Positions 10,878-19,980 are shown, numbered from the stretch's first letter. The stretch is DNA of 64,000 bases from Planctomycetaceae bacterium (GCA_039680605.1 JBDKTA010000005.1:5141-69140), one strand, 5' to 3'. Notes: generated by a model from the letters alone, not told the origin. Numbers and translations: made by a program.

Positions 10878-13181
10878 ATGCCTTTTGGACGCAGGTCTGT
10901 TATTGTCGTCATTGTCGCTCTCTCTTCAGGAATCCTCCTGCTGTTATGGTGTCTCATCGGCCAGAAAGGCTCGCAGCCGCCGCCGGAATTGATCTGGGGC
11001 GACGGCTTGGGGATTTCTTTGCCCCAGCATGAGATGGGCCAGGCCCAAGCTGCCCTTGAAATGGTCGCCAAATTTGCAGGCGGGAGCGCGATAACCATCG
11101 ATTACCCCATGGAGGGGACTATCTTCCCGGCCGAGATCGTGGCGCCACAATTTCAATGGCACGATGCTGATGCGACAGCGAAGCGATGGCTGGTTGAGTT
11201 CTCTTTCGCGCCCGGCAGTCCCTCGATTTTTGCACTGGTCAACGGGCCGCCGCCTCAGGTTGCGGCAATCGATCCGCGCTGCACCGCCCTGAGCAATCAG
11301 CCCCCTTGCCTGAAGCCGGATGAAGCGACCGCGCATTGCTGGCAGCCTCAGGAAGCGGTCTGGGAGGCCATAAAGAAGAGAGCTGGCGACGGTGCCGTAC
11401 AAGTGACTATCCGCGGGTTCAGCAGCAGCGGGGAGAAGATCCTCTCACAAGGAAGCATCAACATCAAGATCTCCTCTGATCCCATCGGCGGGGTCATCTT
11501 CTACCGTGACGTGCCCCTGATGCCCACCGAGGGCCAAGACGGCAAGATCGAGCCCCTTGCCGAGGCTCTGATCGGCTTGATTGACTGGCGGCTTAAAGAC
11601 ATCTCCCGGCCCGACAGCAAGGTGGTGCTCAGGGACATGCCCACTTGCGCCAACTGTCACAGCTTTTCGGCCGGAGGCAAGACGCTGGGGATGGACGTTG
11701 ACGGGCCCACCGGTGACAAAGGGGCCTACGCGGTCGCCGACATCCGAAAGGAGATGACGATCTCGCCGCGGGAGATCATGACCTGGAACAGTTGGCAGGA
11801 CAAGGCCCGTACCGGCAAGACGATTGGCTTTCTCTCGCAGATCTCTCCTGACGGGCAGTTCGTGCTTTCGACGGTGAACGAGTCGCTCTACGTCGTGAAC
11901 TTTGCGCAATACGATTTCCTTCAGGTCTTCTACCCGACGCGGGGGATCATCGCCTGTTACGACAGGACGACCGGCACGATCAAACCCCTGCCGGGAGCGA
12001 ACGATCCGGCGATGGTGCAGTGCAGCCCGGTCTGGAGCCCGGATGGCAAATGGGTGGTCTTCTCCCGTGCCGCCGCCCGGGATCCGTTCCCGCCCGGGCA
12101 GAAGATGCCTCAGCGCGCCAACGACCCCGACGAACTGCCCATGCGATACGACCTGTACAAGGTTCCGTTCAACCAGGGCGCCGGCGGACAGGCCCAACCG
12201 ATCGCCGGAGCCTGCGATAACGGCATGAGCAATACCTTTCCCAAGATTTCCCCCGACGGGAAATGGATCGTCTTCGTCAAGTGCCGCAACGGGCAGTTGA
12301 TGAGGCCCGACAGCGAGTTGTGGATCGTGCCGCTCGTCGGCGGCCAGGCCCGCCGCATGCGATGCAACATGTCGTTGATGAACTCCTGGCACAGCTTCTC
12401 GCCCAACGGGCGATGGATGGTCTTCTCCTCCAAGTCCAGGAGTCCCTACACGCAGATGTTCCTGACCCATATCGACAAAAACGGCATGGACAGCCCGCCG
12501 GTTCGCGTCACCGGCGCCACCGCGGCCAATCGCGCCGTTAATATCCCCGAGTTCGTGCAGGTCAAGTACGCCGACTTGGATTCTATTACGATTCCTTCTT
12601 TGGAATACTGGCGGCAGTACAAGCGGGGCCTGGACCTTGCCCAGCGCGATCGCCACGCCGACGCGGTGGAGTGCTTCCGCCGAGCCCTGGCTGTCGATCC
12701 GGGCTCGGCCCGAATCCAGGCGTCCCTGGCGGATTCCCTGACGGCCATCAGCCAACTGGGCGAGGCGGTCGAATACTACGATCGCGCCGTGGCTGGCGAG
12801 CCTCAGAACTTCGTCTATCTCAGCAACCGGGGCAATGCCCTGCTCTACCTGGGGCAGCTCGACCGGGCCCTGGCGGACTTCGACACATCCATCAGCATTC
12901 GCCCCGGATACGCCGTCGCCCATGCCAATCGGGGGTCGGTGCTGGCCCGCCGGCAGGAATATGGCCAAGCCATGGCCGCGTTTTCCGAATCGTTGAGACT
13001 CAAGCCCGATCAGTACTGGGTCTGGTGCAACCGCGGGATCCTGAAGGAAATGGTCGACGACGACAAAGGCGCCGCCGAGGATCTGATCAAGTGCCTGGAT
13101 CTGGCTCCGCCGGAATGGCCACAGCGGGCCGACGTCCAGAGGCGACTCCAGGAGCTTCGAGTGCGAGTCGGTTCGAAGTAA
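10878..13181 (+). CDS. Membrane-anchored TolB/PD40-like beta-propeller protein with C-terminal TPR repeats and one CXXCH motif
   Basis: N-terminal TM; CANCH motif; repeated SPDG[KQ]W/F.VF blades; about 200 aa of TPR at the C-terminus. AGGAGG RBS at 10863-10868. Confidence 0.7.
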   Translation: MPFGRRSVIVVIVALSSGILLLLWCLIGQKGSQPPPELIWGDGLGISLPQHEMGQAQAALEMVAKFAGGSAITIDYPMEGTIFPAEIVAPQFQWHDADATAKRWLVEFSFAPGSPSIFALVNGPPPQVAAIDPRCTALSNQPPCLKPDEATAHCWQPQEAVWEAIKKRAGDGAVQVTIRGFSSSGEKILSQGSINIKISSDPIGGVIFYRDVPLMPTEGQDGKIEPLAEALIGLIDWRLKDISRPDSKVVLRDMPTCANCHSFSAGGKTLGMDVDGPTGDKGAYAVADIRKEMTISPREIMTWNSWQDKARTGKTIGFLSQISPDGQFVLSTVNESLYVVNFAQYDFLQVFYPTRGIIACYDRTTGTIKPLPGANDPAMVQCSPVWSPDGKWVVFSRAAARDPFPPGQKMPQRANDPDELPMRYDLYKVPFNQGAGGQAQPIAGACDNGMSNTFPKISPDGKWIVFVKCRNGQLMRPDSELWIVPLVGGQARRMRCNMSLMNSWHSFSPNGRWMVFSSKSRSPYTQMFLTHIDKNGMDSPPVRVTGATAANRAVNIPEFVQVKYADLDSITIPSLEYWRQYKRGLDLAQRDRHADAVECFRRALAVDPGSARIQASLADSLTAISQLGEAVEYYDRAVAGEPQNFVYLSNRGNALLYLGQLDRALADFDTSISIRPGYAVAHANRGSVLARRQEYGQAMAAFSESLRLKPDQYWVWCNRGILKEMVDDDKGAAEDLIKCLDLAPPEWPQRADVQRRLQELRVRVGSK

Positions 13182-13210
13182 AAAGCGGGCGGCTCCAAGA
13201 GGAGTCGCCC
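13180..13210 (-). terminator. Intrinsic terminator downstream of LamG/PEP-CTERM gene 1
   Basis: Stem GGGCGGCTCC/GGAGTCGCCC (9 of 10 bp) with loop AAGA, followed on the minus strand by a T5 run. It overlaps the stop codon of the convergent gene. Confidence 0.55.
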
Positions 13211-13243
13211 GACGTCGCAGAGACGCGTTGCATCTGGGGTGGA

Positions 13244-14086
13244 TCAGCGCCTGCGCTTGCGGCAGTACAAGGCTACGCCCCCGGCCCCCAACAGGCAGAG
13301 AGTCGCGGGCTCGGGGATGAGTATCAGGCCAAGGCCACCGGCGACTTTGTGGGCCTGGATCTCGCTGTCGGTCAGAGCCGTATTCCAAAACGCCAAGTCA
13401 TCGATCCAGACATCCGTGGTATTTGCCGCATACCGTTCGGTAGATCCTGAACCAATCTGCCAGATTGTCGTGACGCCGAAGGTCGAAGTGTTGTACGTCG
13501 AGTTGCTGGCGACCCCATCCCAATAGTACGTGTAGGTATCGTCGGGCCGGAACACCAATGCCAGATGATGCCATGTGGCGGTTGGATTCCAGTTGAGGCT
13601 CCCCAAGCCGGTGCCTCCAGTGACAGTGAGGCTCTGACTGTTGCCGGAGGTAGTACTGATGCTGTAGTTCCCCGCGGTCATGAACCTCGAGTACGTGTGC
13701 CCGCCGTACGTGTTGGAGTCTCCGGTGTGAACCCACATCTCAATGGTGAAATTGGTGCCAAGGTTCAGGTCGGCGTTGCCTGTCGGAAGCGTGAAGGCCT
13801 GGCTTTCATAGGCCTGGTACTGGCCCTTGATCGCCAGGGCATAGTCGCCGGTCTCGGCAGGATCATACTTGCTGCCGATGCCGGTACGATAAAACGTCCC
13901 AATTGGTCTCGGGTCGTCCATCGTGCCATCGGTCTGGTTGGCACCTACATTCTGGGTGTACTTGTACGCCTCGTCGGCCATGGTCTGGCTGTTGAACGAG
14001 TAGTAGTTGACCAAGGCGGCCGAAGCCATTGGGCAGAAAAACGCCGCCACCGATACCATGGCGATTGCAGTAAGGCTTTTCCTCAT
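13244..14086 (-). CDS. Secreted LamG/concanavalin-like domain protein with PEP-CTERM sorting signal
   Basis: Signal peptide (AFFCPMASA). LVNYYSFN... with W..LA.V / DD.A.WN motifs typical of LamG-type 'laminin G 3' domains. C-terminal IPEPATLCLLGAGGVALYCRKRRR. AAGGAA RBS. Confidence 0.8.
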   Translation of the reverse strand: MRKSLTAIAMVSVAAFFCPMASAALVNYYSFNSQTMADEAYKYTQNVGANQTDGTMDDPRPIGTFYRTGIGSKYDPAETGDYALAIKGQYQAYESQAFTLPTGNADLNLGTNFTIEMWVHTGDSNTYGGHTYSRFMTAGNYSISTTSGNSQSLTVTGGTGLGSLNWNPTATWHHLALVFRPDDTYTYYWDGVASNSTYNTSTFGVTTIWQIGSGSTERYAANTTDVWIDDLAFWNTALTDSEIQAHKVAGGLGLILIPEPATLCLLGAGGVALYCRKRRR

Positions 14087-14484
14087 TTTGCATTTCCTTT
14101 GATGGTAAAAGGACCAAATATGTCACACGCGATAGATCGCTTGCGCAACAAAACACTAATTGAAAACCTGAAAGAATTAACGCACCATCATGGACCGGAT
14201 ATGCCTGCCTCCGCCTGCAAGGCCAAGTATCTGATACCGCACCTCTGAAAGCCCTGCAGACTCAAGCGTAAAAGTCTGATTCAATAGATAACTATACCAC
14301 TTATCGTTCTTTTGTCAAGGTTTGAATTCATGGAATCTGAAGATTCTTGGGCTTGGTCAGGCCGCTTGCCCGAACCTCGAAGAGCCGGAAGGTTGCGGGC
14401 CGGTAGTATGAAAGTCCCCAAGAAACTCCCTCCGATGCCGGGCAGACTCAGCCGATGCCTCTCCCCAGTATCTCCGGGCGATGT

Positions 14485-14519
14485 AAAAAAGGCGGGCGGT
14501 TCGTTTTGAACCGCCCGCC
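14485..14519 (-). terminator. Intrinsic terminator downstream of LamG/PEP-CTERM gene 2
   Basis: Perfect 12-bp stem GGCGGGCGGTTC/GAACCGCCCGCC with a 5-nt loop, followed on the minus strand by T6. Confidence 0.8.
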
Positions 14520-14547
14520 TCAACGGCAAGTATCAGTCCCGGAGGAA

Positions 14548-15381
14548 TTATGCCTTGCGCTTGCGGATCCAAGCGGCCACGCCGCCAAGAGCCAGCAGGC
14601 AAAGGGTCGCAGGCTCCGGAACATCAAGGGTTGTCAACCCATATCCATTACCCGTGGCGTGAGATTGGATCGTAGCCGCGCTCAAGCCCTCGTTCCACAT
14701 GGCGATGTCGTCAAGATAGACCCTTACGCCCGCGGGATAGCTGAGGGGATTGTCATTGATGCCGATGCTCATGGCGATAGCGGTCGGCAGTATGCCCGTG
14801 GCGCCAACGGCATACTCGACGCCGTTGTAGTAGTAGTAGCCTTGCCCGTCGCGAGCGACAAAGGCAAGGTGGTTCCATCCGGTACCCAGCGGACCACTGG
14901 TGGTGCTGGCATTGAAATCAAGGGGATTAATCGAGGAAGCGCCGATCCTCAGGGTTTGCGGCATACCATCATAATAACCCGTCTTGCCGACGCTTATGTT
15001 GGTGGCGCTCATGAAAGTGGAATAGGTCTGCCCGTTGAAGCTCTGGCCCTCAGCACTGCGAATCCACATCTCGACGGTGAAATTCTGCCCGAGATTCAGG
15101 TCCGCGTCGTTGGATGTCCAATTCAAGGCCTGGCCGAGCTTCACGTACAGGGCTTTGCCTTCGCCACCGAGGCCGGTGACAAAGGTGGTGCCCTGCCCGG
15201 CTCCATCACCCATGGTGGTATTCGTGAGGGTGGTGCCGGCGTTCTGGCTATACAAAGCCGCCTCATCCACCAGCGTGTCGCTGTCGAACGAGTAGTAATT
15301 GATCAGCCCTGCCGAAGCCATGCCTGCCGTGCAAAAGATCGCCGCAACAACCACTGCAGTACTTAAAAGTGTCCTCTTCAT
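14548..15381 (-). CDS. Secreted LamG/concanavalin-like domain protein with PEP-CTERM sorting signal (paralogue)
   Basis: Start taken at ATG 15381 (MKRTLLSTAVVVAAIFCTAGMASA signal peptide, GGAAGGA RBS). LINYYSFD... is colinear with 13244-14086. C-terminal VPEPATLCLLALGGVAAWIRKRKA. Confidence 0.8.
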   Translation of the reverse strand: MKRTLLSTAVVVAAIFCTAGMASAGLINYYSFDSDTLVDEAALYSQNAGTTLTNTTMGDGAGQGTTFVTGLGGEGKALYVKLGQALNWTSNDADLNLGQNFTVEMWIRSAEGQSFNGQTYSTFMSATNISVGKTGYYDGMPQTLRIGASSINPLDFNASTTSGPLGTGWNHLAFVARDGQGYYYYNGVEYAVGATGILPTAIAMSIGINDNPLSYPAGVRVYLDDIAMWNEGLSAATIQSHATGNGYGLTTLDVPEPATLCLLALGGVAAWIRKRKA

Positions 15382-15615
15382 GTCTGTGTTCCTTCCTTTT
15401 AGGTCAATAACGACACTGAAAATCACCAATAATTGCCAAAAAGATGCTGCTGCAATCTGAAACGACATTAAAGCACATCGGGTACTCTCTCCGACGGTTG
15501 ATTTAGTGTACCACATTATCTGTTTGTGTCAATGTGGATTTTGCCATCAGGATAGAAAAAATATCATTCGGTGCTGCCCCATGGCAAGTGTCTAGACTGA
15601 TGACAGTTGCAGTGG

Positions 15616-17970
15616 ATGGCAGACAATGCTACATTTGAAAGAATGATGCGGCAGAGAATACATGCCCTCGTAGGCCCTGTTATCCCCAGTCCCGCAAAGT
15701 TGCAGTCATGGTTGATAGCGTGTTGTGCATTAGTCATTGTGGTCGCCGCGACGGCCTCCTACTGGAACAGCTTTGATGGCACGTTCGTCTATGATGACCG
15801 CTGGGATATCAGAGACAATGTCCACCTCCGCACACTATGGCCGCTATCGGAAGCAATCTCTTTACCACTGTGGGAGAAGGGCGGTACGCTGACCCGCCGG
15901 CCGGTGCTGGGATTTTCTTTTGCCCTCAATCGTGTGTTGTTGGGACCAAGCCCGTGGGGATACCACCTTGTAAATTTGGCGATTCACTTGGCGGCAGGCC
16001 TGCTGCTGTTTGGTCTCGTGCGGCGCACGCTGAGCCTGCCGCAGTTCAGAGTTCGGGGCAATAAGGCGGTTTGGCTGGCGGGTGCGGCGGGGCTGCTCTG
16101 GACGCTCCATCCGCTGCACACCGCATCTGTTACGTACATAATTCAGCGCGCCGAATCGCTCGTGGGCATGCTGCTTCTGCTGACGGTGTACTGCTGCGCG
16201 CGAGGCATGCATAGCGCCCGACGGTCGTTGGCCTGGTACGCCGCGGGCGTCGTCGGCTGTGCGCTGGGAATGCTCAGCAAGGAATCGATGGCAGTGGCAC
16301 CGTTGATCGTGCTGCTGTACGATCGCACGTTCATCAGCAATTCATTTCGTGCCGCCTTGCGCCAGCGGCGGGGGCTTTATTCAGCTTTGGGGGCCACGTG
16401 GGGTCTTATAGCGGCCATGATATTTTTGACGTTGTCCGACACCGCTCAAGGGTTCGGCGCGGACAGCCTGACGTACCTGATGACGCAACCGGGGGTCATC
16501 CTGTACTACCTGTGGCTGAGCGTCTGGCCCTCGCCGCTGCTGGCCGACTACGCTTGGCCCGCTGCCGGGGCTCTAAAGGCAGTCATGTGCGGCGCCGCCA
16601 TAGCCTTCCTGCTGTACCTGACAATCTGGGCTCTGCGCCGGCACAGTTGGGCGGGGTTTCTCGGGGCATGGTTCTTCCTGACGCTGGCGCCGTCGTCGAG
16701 CTTCGTAGTATTGCTTCAGAACGTTCAGCTTCAGCGAATGTACCTGCCTCTGGCGGCCGTGGTCGTGCTGATCGTGACGGGGGTCTGGTACGGGCTGCGG
16801 CGTTTGAGGATCGGGCGCGAGGGCGTCGGTGCCACTCCGGTGGTTCTGTGCGTTGCCGCCGCAGCGACACTGGGATGGCTGACGTATGACCGAAATGCGC
16901 GGTATCACGATGCCACGAGTTTCTGGCAGGAGAATGTGGATCGCTGCGCAGAGAGCTACCGAGCGTGGACGAGCCTGGGCATATCCTTCAGCGAGGAGAA
17001 ACGCTTCGATGAGGCCATTGGAGCCTTCGGAAAAGCCGTTGCTTTGACGGACCGATCGGCCTTGGCGCTGCAAAATCTGGCGGTGGCCTATCGCAAGGCC
17101 GGGCGGCTGAGCGATTCGGTGGCCTGTTGCAACGAGGGCATAGCCAAAGCCCCCAAAGATCCAGAGCTTCGCTACAATCTTGCCGAAGCGCTAGCCGAGC
17201 GGGGCGACTATGCTGAGGCGGCAACGCATTACCGCCGAGCGGTGGAACTGAAGCCCACACATGCCAATGCCTGGGAGAAGCTGGCGGCCGTCTGCGTCAA
17301 GAGCGGGCAACTTCAAGAGGCGGTCGAGCCGCTGAAGAAGCTCATCGAGCTTTCAGCTTTGGACCCGCAAGGCTATTACAACCTCGGCGCCGTCCTGCTC
17401 AAACTGGGGCGCACGGAGGAGGGCTGCCGCCTGCTTCAGCAGGCGTTGACCTTAAAGGGGGGCGACCAGCCCCAGGTGCATGGCGTCCTGGGATTGGCGA
17501 TGGCTCGGCAGAAGCGATTCGACGAGGCGGTAGTACACTTACAGCGTGCCATCGAGCTTCGGCCGGACTATGTTGAGGCGCGAGACCACCTTGCGGCCAT
17601 TTGGGTACTTCAGGGCCGGCTGGCGGAGGCCGCAGCCCAATACGAGCGTGTGGTAGATCTTCAGCCTGATTCCCCCGCAGCGATGAATAACCTGGCCTGG
17701 TTGTTGGCCTCGCGTGAGGCGCTGGCCGGAAGATCGGCCAGGGCTGTGGAACTGGCCAGTCGCGCGTGCCGCCTGACGAGCAATTCCAATGCGACCCTGC
17801 TGGACACGCTGGGCGTGACCTTGGCGGCAGACGGGCAATTTGACAAAGCCGTCGTTGCGGCCCAGCAGGCCCTGAAGTTGGCGCAGGCGAGCGGGCAGGG
17901 CCAAGAGGCCCAGGCCATCCAGGCGCGCCTGAAATTGTACCAGGCCGGCAAACCCTATCGTCAGAAGTAA
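15616..17970 (+). CDS. TMTC/PMT-like GT-C membrane glycosyltransferase fused to TPR repeats
   Basis: About 430 aa with many TM segments, beginning YWNSFDGTFVYDDRWDIRDN (the acidic-loop motif region of TMTC/DUF1736-type GT-C enzymes), then about 350 aa of TPR repeats. The start is uncertain (TTG 15607 or ATG 15616). Confidence 0.7.
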   Translation: MADNATFERMMRQRIHALVGPVIPSPAKLQSWLIACCALVIVVAATASYWNSFDGTFVYDDRWDIRDNVHLRTLWPLSEAISLPLWEKGGTLTRRPVLGFSFALNRVLLGPSPWGYHLVNLAIHLAAGLLLFGLVRRTLSLPQFRVRGNKAVWLAGAAGLLWTLHPLHTASVTYIIQRAESLVGMLLLLTVYCCARGMHSARRSLAWYAAGVVGCALGMLSKESMAVAPLIVLLYDRTFISNSFRAALRQRRGLYSALGATWGLIAAMIFLTLSDTAQGFGADSLTYLMTQPGVILYYLWLSVWPSPLLADYAWPAAGALKAVMCGAAIAFLLYLTIWALRRHSWAGFLGAWFFLTLAPSSSFVVLLQNVQLQRMYLPLAAVVVLIVTGVWYGLRRLRIGREGVGATPVVLCVAAAATLGWLTYDRNARYHDATSFWQENVDRCAESYRAWTSLGISFSEEKRFDEAIGAFGKAVALTDRSALALQNLAVAYRKAGRLSDSVACCNEGIAKAPKDPELRYNLAEALAERGDYAEAATHYRRAVELKPTHANAWEKLAAVCVKSGQLQEAVEPLKKLIELSALDPQGYYNLGAVLLKLGRTEEGCRLLQQALTLKGGDQPQVHGVLGLAMARQKRFDEAVVHLQRAIELRPDYVEARDHLAAIWVLQGRLAEAAAQYERVVDLQPDSPAAMNNLAWLLASREALAGRSARAVELASRACRLTSNSNATLLDTLGVTLAADGQFDKAVVAAQQALKLAQASGQGQEAQAIQARLKLYQAGKPYRQK

Positions 17971-18032
17971 AGCCATCGCGTCATCAGCGGCGTTCTCTCG
18001 GCAAACGATACTCGATACAATGAGAGCTAATC

Positions 18033-19064
18033 ATGCAGATGCGCCTGATAGGAAGTCTGCTTCGCAATGCCTTTCGGTCACGGATCGAACGCCTGATTCT
18101 TTATGTGACCACGCGATGCCCCCTGAACTGTCGGCACTGCTTTGTGGACAAAACCTCGCCCATTGACCGGGAGTTGACGGTGGACGAGGCGCGTTCGATC
18201 GCCGCGACGCTCAACCCGCTGACGTGGCTGGACATCGGCGGCGGCGAACCGTTCTTGCGAGAGGACATTGAGGAGATCTGTAGCCATTTCAAGGCGGTCG
18301 AGATCAGCATCCCCACCAACGGCTGGTTCGTCGAGCAGACCCTTGAATCTGCTCGCCGGCTGCATCGAAGCCTGGGGGATCGCCTCTCAATTGCCGTGTC
18401 GCTGGATGGGTTTGGTCCCACGCATGACCGGCTGCGCGGGCAAGGCAGCTTCGAGCGGGCGATGAAGACCCTGGAAGGGTTGCAGGGCATCAACGGTTTG
18501 AGAGTCTCGGTCATCAGCACGGTTTCGCAAATCAATTACCGCGAGTTGCCCGACCTGGTCGCCCTCCTGCGCCAGAAGGGATTGTTCTCGCACGGGATCA
18601 ATATTCTCCGCGGCCAGACCGCTGACGAGGAACTTCGCCTGCCCGAGCGAACTGATTTGGAGTGGTTCCTGGGGACGATCAGCGAAACCATGACGGCGAA
18701 AGATTACCGGTGGAAAGGGCCGCTGGGTCCGCTCTTCTCGCGGCTGCACAACCGCTACGTTCGCCGCAAGTGGTCGGTGGTACTGGCAACGCTGGAGAGC
18801 AGGCGGCAGATCATCCCCTGTCGGGCCGGACGCAACGACCTGGTGATTTACGCCAACGGCGACGTGGCGCCCTGCGAGATGCGCCCGGCGGTGGGCAACA
18901 TCCGCCGCCAGAGCCTGACGGGCATCTTATCTGGTCCGGAGATGGCCACGGCACTGGCGGGCATCTGCGGCGGCGAATGCTCCTGCACGCATGAGTGCAA
19001 CCTCTTGGATAGCACGCTGTTCAGCACGCGAAGTTTTGTTCACATGATAGCCGGGAGAAAATAG
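18033..19064 (+). CDS. Radical SAM enzyme, type B' (paralogue of 5155-6306)
   Basis: CPLNCRHC (Cx3Cx2C), GGGEPFL and PTNG motifs; C-terminal CRAGRNDLVIYANGDVAPCE...CGGECSCTHEC. Confidence 0.85.
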   Translation: MQMRLIGSLLRNAFRSRIERLILYVTTRCPLNCRHCFVDKTSPIDRELTVDEARSIAATLNPLTWLDIGGGEPFLREDIEEICSHFKAVEISIPTNGWFVEQTLESARRLHRSLGDRLSIAVSLDGFGPTHDRLRGQGSFERAMKTLEGLQGINGLRVSVISTVSQINYRELPDLVALLRQKGLFSHGINILRGQTADEELRLPERTDLEWFLGTISETMTAKDYRWKGPLGPLFSRLHNRYVRRKWSVVLATLESRRQIIPCRAGRNDLVIYANGDVAPCEMRPAVGNIRRQSLTGILSGPEMATALAGICGGECSCTHECNLLDSTLFSTRSFVHMIAGRK

Positions 19065-19120
19065 CCACGGACACCGCGATTATCATCCCTTGTTACAACT
19101 CCGCCAAGACGCTCGGTGCA

Positions 19121-19975
19121 TTGCTGGAGAGCATCGCCAAGCTGGCGCCGCCGCCACGGGAGGTAATCGTGGTGGACGATTGCTCCACGGACGATTCTGC
19201 GGCCATTGCAGCGGGCTTTGCCGATGTCACGTGCCTGCGTACGGCCGACAACGGCGGACCGTCAGTTTCTCGGAATGTCGGCGCTCGGCATGCTCGCAGC
19301 GAGTTGCTGCTGTTCATCGACAGCGACTGCGAGATATTAACCGCCGACTGCATCGCCAAGCACATCCAGGCCCATGCAGGCCACCCCCGAAGCCTCGTAG
19401 TCGGGGCGGTCTCAAGCATCGCCCCTGATACCTATGTGGGCAGGGCCAACGGCTATCTCCAGTGCTTCGAGAACATCCCCTTCCGAGGCAGCGGCAAAAT
19501 TAAGCGAGCCCACGAAATGCCGGGCATGCATTTTAGTGTCCGCAGAAGCGATTTCGAAGAGATTGGCGGATTCGACGAAGAACTCCGAGCCGGAGAGGAC
19601 GCGCTGTTCCATGTCTGTGCGCAGGCCAGGGGGATCAAGGCCCTGCGGATCGGCGAGGCTGTGGTGGGGCATCATGACGATCATTCCGCCGCAACTATCT
19701 TCTGCAAATATTTCAACTACGGCAAGACGCGCCTGACGATGAAGGCCAAGGGGGCCTATGGGTGGCGAAGTTTCCTGTTGCCTGACAGCGTGATATTGCT
19801 ATCGATCCTGGCGCCGCTGGTGACCCTCGGGTTGACAGCCAAAGTAGTCTACTCATGGCTCCCTTGGCGACCGGCTGTACTGCTGCACGCGCCGTTGCTG
19901 CTGGTGTACAACCTGGGTTTTGCCGGCGGCGCGGTCGCGTGTGCGTGGCAGCAACGCCGGAGCCGGCGGCAATAG
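19121..19975 (+). CDS. GT2 glycosyltransferase with C-terminal TM domain (type m'); true N-terminus probably upstream of 19121
   Basis: VVDDCSTDDS, FIDSDCE (DxD) and GEDALF motifs, followed by TM helices. The in-frame upstream sequence (19073-19120) encodes the conserved GT2 first strand TAIIIPCYNSAKTLGA but contains no ATG/GTG/TTG (see findings). Confidence 0.75.
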   Translation: MLESIAKLAPPPREVIVVDDCSTDDSAAIAAGFADVTCLRTADNGGPSVSRNVGARHARSELLLFIDSDCEILTADCIAKHIQAHAGHPRSLVVGAVSSIAPDTYVGRANGYLQCFENIPFRGSGKIKRAHEMPGMHFSVRRSDFEEIGGFDEELRAGEDALFHVCAQARGIKALRIGEAVVGHHDDHSAATIFCKYFNYGKTRLTMKAKGAYGWRSFLLPDSVILLSILAPLVTLGLTAKVVYSWLPWRPAVLLHAPLLLVYNLGFAGGAVACAWQQRRSRRQ

Positions 19976-19980
19976 AGCCG

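Noticed and set aside
11646-11660. CXXCH motif, which could indicate a c-type (multi)haem cytochrome
   Set aside because: It is a single motif in a 767-aa propeller/TPR protein, which is not enough to call a cytochrome. It is kept only as a note in the findings.
11445-13388. 647-aa minus-strand ORF
   Set aside because: It is antisense to the TolB/TPR gene and has the typical high-GC shadow composition (R, G, A, P, V, D) with no motifs.
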